A stretch of 64,000 nucleotides of DNA from a virus: positions 1-64,000 of IMG/VR virus record IMGVR_UViG_3300020180_000013, one strand, 5' to 3'. Below, in pieces: positions 17,765 through 26,600 of the stretch. The notes under the pieces were generated by a model. It ran no database searches, was not told the DNA's origin, and worked only from the letters and a program-made list of their open reading frames with translations. Position 1 is the stretch's first letter; each line of letters starts with the position of its first letter. Position numbers and translations under genes: made by a program.

Positions 17765-18340
17765 ATGAGCATTAAATCACTATACCGTGAATACTTTCAG
17801 AAATCAAGGATATTCTTATATCCGGCTTTGGAGATTAAAAGAGGGAGTAGTGTTACTCCAATAGAGACATACATATCATGTAATGATATCATTTCTCCTA
17901 AAGATAGAAAGTTAATATGCCTGTATCATTTAAGAGATGATAAGGAGTATAAAACTTTTGAGGAACAAAAATTAGTTAATAATAAATTGTTTGATGATTT
18001 TAAGGAAGCAGGAGATAACCAAGGATTATATATATTTAATTTTAATGAATATAATAAAGACTGGGATAACTTTCTTAAAGGCCGATACTCTAAAATTTCT
18101 CCTGAACTAAAGAGAAAGATCAAAGAATTCTTCAGGACTAATAATTCTAATTCTATTTATGTAGATAGCTATGTTAATCCGGATAAATATTATGATCTTT
18201 ATGCAGAATTACTAGGAGTAAATAAAGAGGTTCTTAAAGAAGTCGGAGAACTCTGCTCTGGTCCAGATCTTGAGAAAGAATCTTTAACTATTAGTATCAA
18301 ACAATTAAATAATAAACTTAAAAACAAAACACTATTATGA
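17765..18340 (+). CDS. Hypothetical protein
   Basis: 191-aa ORF in operon. Confidence 0.7.
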   Translation: MSIKSLYREYFQKSRIFLYPALEIKRGSSVTPIETYISCNDIISPKDRKLICLYHLRDDKEYKTFEEQKLVNNKLFDDFKEAGDNQGLYIFNFNEYNKDWDNFLKGRYSKISPELKRKIKEFFRTNNSNSIYVDSYVNPDKYYDLYAELLGVNKEVLKEVGELCSGPDLEKESLTISIKQLNNKLKNKTLL

Positions 18341-18795
18341 AAGATGTAATTAAACCAACAATGTTACTTATTAATGGAGTATGGCAGAATAAACCTACAT
18401 TTAATCTTATTCCGATTACTTTAGATGCTCCTTATACTGAATGTATATTTGATGTTGATTCTAAAACATTAGCTGTGATCTCTAAGACTCCTAAACAGTC
18501 TTTTCATATGCTACCTAAGTATGATGATAATGGGGATGTGCAAATGATTAAAGTTGGTAAAAGACAGAATGGAAAGCAATATAAAGAAGAAAGAAAAGCT
18601 ATTGATACTTTTCAGGAATATTATGTTCTTAATCCAAAAGATATAGAGACTATTATTAATATGGTTGCTTTTAATGCTGATACTTTTGATTACAAAGTAT
18701 TCATGACTGCAGCTCCTGCTCCTAAGATCTCTAATATAGAGACTAGTGATAAGAGTATAGTAACTGCTCCAGCAATTGAGATAGTAGCTAGATAA
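18337..18795 (+). CDS. Hypothetical protein
   Basis: 152-aa ORF with ATGA overlap. Confidence 0.7.
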   Translation: MKDVIKPTMLLINGVWQNKPTFNLIPITLDAPYTECIFDVDSKTLAVISKTPKQSFHMLPKYDDNGDVQMIKVGKRQNGKQYKEERKAIDTFQEYYVLNPKDIETIINMVAFNADTFDYKVFMTAAPAPKISNIETSDKSIVTAPAIEIVAR

Positions 18796-18815
18796 TTAAT
18801 TAAATAACTGATAAG

Positions 18816-18844
18816 AATAGCCGGGGTAATACCTGGCTATTTTT
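18816..18844 (+). terminator. Intrinsic terminator
   Basis: aatagccggg-gtaata-cctggctatt followed by a T-run. Confidence 0.7.
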
Positions 18845-18861
18845 GTCTAATCTTTTTAGAT

Positions 18862-19317
18862 ATGCAGATAAATTGGGGTATGGATTATGAGACTTTATGC
18901 AATATGACTATGCTTTATGTAGAACATTATAAAGATCAAAATATAAATAAAACTTTTGTAATACATAAATTAAGAAATGATCACGGAAAATTAGTTGAGT
19001 TTCTTGAGCAGTGTGAGATCTATAATCAATATCATATATCCTATAATGGATTGGCTTTTGATGGTCAGATAAGTCAATATATCCTGAAGAATAAAGAACA
19101 TCATAAGTTCTTGGATGGGGAAACTATAGCCCGGGATATCTATGCTCATGCTCAAGAAGTAATCAGTGTTCAGACTATGGGAGATTGGTTTAATCCTAAT
19201 GTATTACCTGAATGGAAGCTAAGTATTAAACAAATAGATGTATTTAAACTAAATCACTTTGATAATCCTGCAAGAAGGTCTAGTTTGAAATGGTTACAGT
19301 ATTCCATGGACTGGCAT
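18862..19317 (+). CDS. polB: Family B DNA polymerase, exon 1 (3'-5' exonuclease motifs I and II)
   Basis: MDYET (ExoI), YNGLAFD (ExoII); ends at SLKWLQYSMDWH, U19317. Confidence 0.88.
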
Positions 19318-20438
19318 AAACAATGTTGTGTCACTAGTTAGAAATAACTATTTAAAAAAACCTTGAATTGCTGGAAACTCCCTCATAATATGGGACAATC
19401 AGCAGCTAAGTCAGAAGTATACTTCTGAAAAGTTCAACGACTACCTGAGCAGTTTAATCTGCTTAATAACAGGAAGTAACTATATTGTAGTAATATAGTG
19501 AAACAGCGAGGTTTATCTTAATAATTATAGTATAGTATTATAATAGGTATTTCTTGCATTACGATATGTTTTAAGTATCTTTTGTATAAACTACTAAGAT
19601 GAAAAATTATCAAAATAAGGAATACCTAATTCAAGAGTCAATAAAGAATAGTAAAACTAATGTTCAATTAGCAAAAGAAAATAATATTTCTACTTTTTGT
19701 TTAGAATATTGGATAAGAAAACATAAAGTATATAAAAATAAATGTAGATATACATTTAATAGTAAAAAAATGTCTTCTAAAGATAAATATTTTTGGTATT
19801 ATGTAGGCTTAATTGCAACAGATGGCTATATGTGTAGTAATCATACTAGAAATACAATATGTCTTAGTTTAGTAACCGGAGGAGCTGAAAAACTATTAAA
19901 TAATATTAAAAATTATTTTGAATATACTGGAAATATTACTAGATCATTGACACAAAAAAGAAAAAATAGATTTACATTATCTATTAGTTCATTAAATATA
20001 ATTAATGAAATGGAAAAATTAGGAATACCTAGATTAAATAAAACATTTAACTTAGACTTTCCTATTATATTCCCAAATGAAAATTGTAAAAGACTTTATT
20101 TTAGAGGTATATTTGATGGTGACGGTTCCATAGGACTAAACTTCAACTATACAAAGACAAAATATATAAGTTGTAATTTTACATTTGGGTGTGCTTCTAA
20201 AAATTTTTCCAATTCATTATATAATGAACTTATTAGTTTAGGTTATTCACCTAACTTTTGGATATCAAATAATTTTTATAATATAAAACTAAGTAGAAAA
20301 CAATCAATAAAGTTTTTTAATTGGATATATAAAAAAGATTTGTTATTACTTCTTGAAGATAAATATAATAAATATAAAATAATTAAAGATAATGATATAG
20401 TCTACTCCTAACAAATGATAAATGTTAGGTAGCATAAG
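19318..20438 (+). mobile_element. Group I intron (1121 nt) in polB
   Basis: Core GAATTGCTGGAAA, AATCAGCAGCTAAG, GTTCAACGACTA and GATATAGTCTA. IGS GTGTCA (19328-19333) pairs with exon TGGCAT; P10 ATGTT pairs with 3' exon AACAT. Terminal G20438. Splicing gives DWH|NMQEMP. Confidence 0.92.
19599..20411 (+). CDS. Intron-encoded two-motif LAGLIDADG homing endonuclease with N-terminal HTH
   Basis: YYVGLIATDG and YFRGIFDGDG motifs. Confidence 0.9.
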   Translation: MKNYQNKEYLIQESIKNSKTNVQLAKENNISTFCLEYWIRKHKVYKNKCRYTFNSKKMSSKDKYFWYYVGLIATDGYMCSNHTRNTICLSLVTGGAEKLLNNIKNYFEYTGNITRSLTQKRKNRFTLSISSLNIINEMEKLGIPRLNKTFNLDFPIIFPNENCKRLYFRGIFDGDGSIGLNFNYTKTKYISCNFTFGCASKNFSNSLYNELISLGYSPNFWISNNFYNIKLSRKQSIKFFNWIYKKDLLLLLEDKYNKYKIIKDNDIVYS

Positions 20439-21911
20439 AACATGCAAGAAATGCCGATTAGTCATACTAGTGAGATAACCACTATGGATGAGATTAATAC
20501 AGTGATTAGCTATTGTATTAATGATGTTAAGAGCACCCTGGAAGTATATAGAAGATCCAAGTCTTTATTAGAGGTGAGAATGCTTGTGAAGGAGAAATAT
20601 GCATTAAACTGTTATAGTTATTCTAATACTAAAATGGGTAGTGAGCTCTTACTTAAGCTTTATTGTGATAAGACCGGATATAATAAATATGATATTAAAA
20701 AGAGTAAAACTAGTAGAGATAATGGTATAAATGTAGGAGAGATTTTATTTCCATACATTCAGTTTAAGTCTATGGATTTTACCGGGTTTCATGAGATGTT
20801 AAAGAAGAAGGTAATAATTAATACAAAAGGAGACTTCAAGTATTCTGTTAAATTTATGGGATATAAATTTGACTATGGTACAGGAGGAATTCATCAGTGT
20901 ATTAAGTCTGGTATTTATACAGAAGATAATGATTATGTAATAAAAGATCTTGATGTAGCTGGTCTGTATCCTAGTATAGCATGTGCTAATGGAATGTATC
21001 CGGCCCATCTTGGAAAGGAGTTTTTTCAAGTATATAAAAGTGATATAGTAGATGTTAGATTAGATGAAAAAGCAAAAGGTAAAGAAGGAAATAAAGCCAT
21101 AATAGAGGGGTATAAAGAAGCAGCTAATGCAAGCTATGGTAATAGTAATAATAAATTTAGCTGGTTATTTGATCCTCAGTACACTATGCAGACTACAATT
21201 AATGGCCAGTTAATGCTTACCATGTTAGCTGAAGAATTATTACTCTCTTTAAGTGATTGTCAGCTTCTTCAGATAAACACAGATGGTATGACTTTTAGGT
21301 TAAAGAAAACCGATCTAGATAAGTATAATGAGATCTGTAAGAATTGGGAGATTATAACCAAATTAAAACTTGAGTTTGCTGATTACTCTTCTATGTTTAT
21401 CCGGGATGTGAATAATTATATTGCTGTATATACTAATGGTAAGTATAAATGTAAGGGGGCTTTTGAATTTGAGAACTTACCTTTGTATAAAAATAAGAGT
21501 TTTCTTATTATACCAAAAGCAGTCTTTAATTTCTTTGTAAATAATATTACTCCGGAAAACTACCTGGCATCTAATAGAAATATTTTCGATTATTGTGGTG
21601 GAGTAAAGGCTACCGGTGATTGGAAATTTCAGGAGACTTCTATAGTAGATAGAGAAATTAAAGTAAGAACTCTATCTAAAATAGTTAGGTATTATGTTAC
21701 TAATTCTGGAGGTAAGATTGTTAAACATAACTCAGTAGATGGTAGAGATATTCAAATAGAGGCCGGATCCTGGTTACAACAGGAGTTTAATCAGTATGTA
21801 GACAAACCTTGGGAGGAATATAATATTAATGAAGACTATTATCTTGAAAAGATTTATCAAGAGATAGCAAGTATTAGTCCACCGATAACTTCACAATTAA
21901 CTTTATTCTAA
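20439..21911 (+). CDS. polB: Family B DNA polymerase, exon 2 (spliced product 642 aa)
   Basis: YCINDV (ExoIII), DLDVAGLYPS (motif A), KEAANASYG (motif B), NTDG (motif C); C-terminal QLTLF. Confidence 0.92.
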   Translation, partial: NMQEMPISHTSEITTMDEINTVISYCINDVKSTLEVYRRSKSLLEVRMLVKEKYALNCYSYSNTKMGSELLLKLYCDKTGYNKYDIKKSKTSRDNGINVGEILFPYIQFKSMDFTGFHEMLKKKVIINTKGDFKYSVKFMGYKFDYGTGGIHQCIKSGIYTEDNDYVIKDLDVAGLYPSIACANGMYPAHLGKEFFQVYKSDIVDVRLDEKAKGKEGNKAIIEGYKEAANASYGNSNNKFSWLFDPQYTMQTTINGQLMLTMLAEELLLSLSDCQLLQINTDGMTFRLKKTDLDKYNEICKNWEIITKLKLEFADYSSMFIRDVNNYIAVYTNGKYKCKGAFEFENLPLYKNKSFLIIPKAVFNFFVNNITPENYLASNRNIFDYCGGVKATGDWKFQETSIVDREIKVRTLSKIVRYYVTNSGGKIVKHNSVDGRDIQIEAGSWLQQEFNQYVDKPWEEYNINEDYYLEKIYQEIASISPPITSQLTLF

Positions 21912-22045
21912 TGAATAAATGGATTCTAACTCATGTATTTCTTACATCTAATGGAAGTAAATGGACTACTATATATAATCCTATCATGGATGGTGATATT
22001 GAATATTTTATATTTCATCCTAATTGTAGAGTATTAGATCTTTAA
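21911..22045 (+). CDS. Small hypothetical protein (44 aa)
   Basis: ATG overlaps the polB stop (TAATG); frame open to TAA 22045. Confidence 0.4.
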   Translation: MNKWILTHVFLTSNGSKWTTIYNPIMDGDIEYFIFHPNCRVLDL

Positions 22046-22072
22046 TAAAAACTTTTAATAACAAATAAAATT

Positions 22073-23335
22073 ATGGCAGCAAGAGCTTCAGTAACAACAA
22101 AGGAATATTTAAGTAGTGTTCCTTTACCAACTTATCAAGGTAAATATACCGTGATTAGTCATCAACATATTATTGATACTACTAAGAAATTATTAGAAGA
22201 TCAAGGATTGGTAGTAGATAAAGAATTATATAAATGTAGTAAGGATGGAGATATTGCAATAGGTAGATATCATATTGTAGATAGTCAAGATCCTGAAATG
22301 GGAATGATGTTTGCCTGGGGTAATAGTTATAATAAACAAATGAAATTTAAGTGTGCTATAGGGGCTCACTTATTTGTTTGTGATAATGGAATGATAGCAG
22401 GAGATCTAGCTAGTTATGGCCGGAAACATATGGGAGGTGCATTACAAGAGTGTACAGATACTATTCAATATCAGATAGTAAATGCTAATAACTACTATAC
22501 TCAATTGATCAGTGACAAGAAAAACATGAAAGATGTTATTGTTCCTGAAAAAGTAAGAGCTGAACTATTAGGTAGATTATTATTTGAACATAGAGCTTTA
22601 ACTCTTAATCAAGCTGGGGAAATCTATCATGAGATAGAGAAACCTAGTTTTGATTATAATGCAGATAAAGATAGTCTATGGACAATGTATAATCATATTA
22701 CACTAAGTCTTAAGAAATCTCATCCTAAATTCTGGATGGATCAACAAAGACAAATTCACTGGTTCTTATGTAGTGAGTTTGGTATAGGTACTTATGCTGT
22801 ATCTAATATGGCTAGACCAACACCTAGTCCTGTAACTCCTAGTATTATGATTAATCCAGTTCCTGTAAAGGATGCCTTTGATCCAAATCAAATAACTATT
22901 GATCAAGTAATTCGGGAAGTTGAATTAGAGGAGGTTCCTACTCATGAGGATGTAGTAGAACTACAAGATCTAAATAATGCTATAGCATCTATGGTAGTAC
23001 AAGATGAATTTTCTGAAGAAGTTAATAAAGAACTTGAAGAAATGTCTCATCACTCTATGCTCAATTCTCCAGATCTATTTAATAAAATAGAGGACACCTC
23101 TGAAGAAAATGATCTAACTCTTGAACAAATAGAGGAAATGGAAAAAGATCCGGAACCAATAGTTAGAAAATCTAGTATACTAAGTCCTGAAGAACAAGAA
23201 GCAGAAAGAATATCACAAGAAGAGAGTGGACTTAGCCAGGAACAACTTGATCAGATAGAAGCTAATATCAAAGCTGCTAGAGCAGAAAAAGATGGTAATA
23301 CCTCATTAGAATCAAAAATAGATTTTAACTTGTAA
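22073..23335 (+). CDS. DUF932-like protein with a long acidic C-terminal extension
   Basis: NSYNKQM...GAHLFVCDNGMI...RKH...SLWTMYNHIT; Glu-rich tail of about 170 aa. Confidence 0.75.
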   Translation: MAARASVTTKEYLSSVPLPTYQGKYTVISHQHIIDTTKKLLEDQGLVVDKELYKCSKDGDIAIGRYHIVDSQDPEMGMMFAWGNSYNKQMKFKCAIGAHLFVCDNGMIAGDLASYGRKHMGGALQECTDTIQYQIVNANNYYTQLISDKKNMKDVIVPEKVRAELLGRLLFEHRALTLNQAGEIYHEIEKPSFDYNADKDSLWTMYNHITLSLKKSHPKFWMDQQRQIHWFLCSEFGIGTYAVSNMARPTPSPVTPSIMINPVPVKDAFDPNQITIDQVIREVELEEVPTHEDVVELQDLNNAIASMVVQDEFSEEVNKELEEMSHHSMLNSPDLFNKIEDTSEENDLTLEQIEEMEKDPEPIVRKSSILSPEEQEAERISQEESGLSQEQLDQIEANIKAARAEKDGNTSLESKIDFNL

Positions 23336-23363
23336 ACTTGTCCTGCAATTAATTGGATAGAAG

Positions 23364-23570
23364 ATGACACTAATGGCAAACCAAAGATCACATACACCAC
23401 TTGTGACAAATAGAGATAAATGTATAGGCTATAAGCTTATAGTAAGATATCCTAATTGTAATTATAAAGTAGGAGATTTTGTACCATATACAACTGGAGC
23501 ATTTTCAGAATATCCTGGAGTATGGAAAGCACTTTATGAGAAAGATATAGTTGATGCAGATTCTATTTAA
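23364..23570 (+). CDS. Hypothetical protein
   Basis: Last + strand ORF before the terminator. Confidence 0.5.
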   Translation: MTLMANQRSHTPLVTNRDKCIGYKLIVRYPNCNYKVGDFVPYTTGAFSEYPGVWKALYEKDIVDADSI

Positions 23571-23573
23571 GTT

Positions 23574-23614
23574 AAAGGGCTATGGAGGATTTATTCCCCT
23601 ATAGCCCTTTTTTT
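23574..23614. terminator. Probably bidirectional terminator at the convergence of the early and virion blocks
   Basis: aaagggctatg...tatagcccttt stem with a T-run on + and a short T-run on -. Confidence 0.8.
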
Positions 23615-23637
23615 ACTTTCCTCGTTAAGTATATTAA

Positions 23638-26600
23638 CTATTTTCTAGTCTGTATAGATTGGAAGTTCTTGATTGCCATCACTGGATCCATGGTAGTTCC
23701 TGTTATACCTACAGTTTTGGCTAAGTGATTCCAGAACTTAGCTGATTCTTCTTTCTGCCATTGATAAGGACCTACATCTCTTTTGTAATAAGCTGCTTCA
23801 TTACCTACAGCTGCATTAGTTAAATCCTGAGCCATATTAGTATAAGCTGCTATAGTAGGACCTAGCATTACTGATTTCCAGTCTAGTGCTTGAACATAGT
23901 CTTTTAAACCCAAACCTGGTATTGGTAACCATTGTTGGTTCTCAGCTCTTATCTGCATTAATAGATTAAGTGATTGATTAGATAGAAATCCAGATACTTC
24001 AAAAGGATGATTGGGATCTTCTACTCCCGGAAAAGGGAGTGCCCCTGATTTAGCCCTGAGTTTCTCATATCTGTCTTTATCATCTGAATCCCAATCAAAG
24101 AATAGATTAGCTATTAATGTCATACCTATTAGCTGACCTACTTCTACAAACATTCTAGTTACTGCTCTCTTCTCTCTTGGTGATAACCACTGAGCTCCTT
24201 TTCCTGCAGTAGAAAGAGTCTTCCAAAAAGCAGATAAAGCATCTAAATAGAATCCCCGGGTATTTTCTCCTAGACCCACATTAACTCTCTCTGGTGCCCA
24301 TCTATTAGCTGCCATAGCAGGAAGATATCTTCTCATGAAAGCAATCATTCTATAGACTAGAAATCTAGAAGCTAATGGTGAATCAAATTTAGAAAATGCA
24401 CCATTTAGATTGTTGTTTACTGTCTGAACTAGTGTTCTGAAGTCTGTATATTGTTTACCTCCTATATTCCAAGATGGATCTATCCCGGGCTTTACAGTTA
24501 ACTGACCATCTACTAATTGCCATGCATCTATATATGATATCTCTTTAGTAGAGCCATCTGGTTGAGTTTGATTGATCTTCTGATGATACATCATTCCTCC
24601 AAAAAGACCCAGAGTTGCATTTAACTCTGTCCACTTTCTTGGAGAATATAACCAGCTCATATTAACTGTATCTTTAAATAAAGATCTAGATATAGACTGG
24701 CCATATGTTTCTTGAAACCTAGTAGATGATGGATCAAATATTTCAACTAACTGAATATCTAGACTCTTAGGAGCATGCTTATATATTTCAAATGATATCT
24801 GTGAAGATACTTTTCCAGACCATGCTATACCTTGATGATAGGTAATAGGATTAAGATATCTTCCTGCAGATGCTTCTATCATATTCTGAACCATAGCTGA
24901 GAAAGAGTTCTTCAGTGCTGATGGTATATTCATAGCAAAGAATCCAAAGGCTGCTGACTTAAATAAAGTTCCAGTAGCTGCTTCTAATCCTTTGGCATCT
25001 TTAAACCAGCCGGCATTAGTCTGGCCATGGAATTCTCTTTCTATAAGAGCAGTAGCTACTTGTTCTCTAACTGATCTGCCTTTTCTTGTAATATATGTTC
25101 TAACACCTCTTTGAAGGAGATTATCTTTATTAACTTTGGTCATGTCTTTAACTCCTTGTTCAGTAAGTATAGACTGAAGGGCCTTAGCCATGGGATTCAT
25201 TTCAATCAACTTCTTTTGTCTTTCACCGGATAACATGTACCTCATCATAGATTGGGTAACATCTAATGATACCTGATCTAGATCTAGTTTATATAAACCG
25301 GCAATTGGAATACTTGATAGTTCATTATCAAACATATCAGCTTTAACCAGAGTAAACTTATCCTGCCAGTTTTGACCTTCTTCAAAGTCATCTTCAGAGT
25401 GCTTGAAATAACTTTTAACCTTATCCCACCAACTAGTAATAGCACTTCTTGCCCCATCAGGTCTTTGAAGTATCTCTAAGTTATGTAGTCTAAATCTAGG
25501 TATATCATAATATAATCTGCTACTAGATACTTTATCTGATTGAGTGACTATATGAAATTCTTTGATCTTCTCCATAGCTTTGAACAGCTTTGGATTTTCT
25601 TTCTCAAGATCAAAATAGTCTTGATTGATATATCTATTATCCGGTGCTCCTTGAGATTTAGATTTTGGTAAGAAGTTTCCTCTCTTGCCTAAGTTATCCA
25701 CAGTTTTTCCTACTATTCTAGCTGTCTTCCATTCATCCTTTACTGCTCTTGTGAAATACTTCAAAGTGGGTACTCCCTTTATTCTTTCTATAGTATTGCC
25801 GACATCATCTTTTAGATCCGTAGTCTCAATAAATCTGGTATCATTAGGTTTAACCACATTCCATATATGAAGTCTCTCCCAGGTAGGTTCTGATTCCTGA
25901 GTCTGAGGATTGTATTTGTTCTTTCTGATGTGATTTTTTTCAAACCAGGTTTTAAAATCTTCACTTTGAGAAAGTAGAGTATTGATAATATGATCTGATA
26001 TAGTTGCATCTGCAGACTTCTTATCTATGATCCTGGAACCAGTTTCTAAAAATAGAGTATTGGTATCTAATTTAGTAAGATAATTATTAAATATATCTAC
26101 ATAATAATCTGTTGCTTCTTTGTGTTGTAACTCTGCTAATTCTGCAAAGAGGGCATTTAGTTCAGCTTTCTCAAACTTATTAAGGCCCAGTCTATCTTTC
26201 TTAGATAGTAACTCATTCATTAGTTCTCTATCTTCTGGAGATAGTTTTTCACCAGTCTTAATCTTTTCAAAGAACTGACCTAGTTCATTCATCTCTAATG
26301 TAGTGAGACCACTAAATCCTGCAAAGACTTCTCTTGCTTTATTGATTTGTTCTTGTCTTTCTTTAACCAGAGCTATTCTGCCTTCTGACATAGATGATCC
26401 TTGTGGCTGACCATCCTGATCTCTAAATCCGGAGATAGCTTCATTGATATCATTCCATGCCTGAGTTATATCTACTTGGTTTTTTATATTAGAAGGAAGT
26501 TTAGCCATGATAGGCTGTATCTTATCAAAGATCTCCTTTCTTAATAAATAAAAATCTGGTTTAATAATAGTTCTGGTATTTTTATCTATCCAGTCTTGTC

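Noticed and set aside
12380-20411. Inteins as the explanation for the split ATPase and PolB
   Set aside because: In-frame stops, separate endonuclease ORFs and clear group I core elements are present; no intein splice-junction motifs.
741-21029. Minus-strand ORFs nested in early genes (741, 2328, 2691, 11717, 17036, 17926, 20799)
   Set aside because: They overlap well-supported + strand genes and have Phe/Leu/Ser-rich shadow composition.
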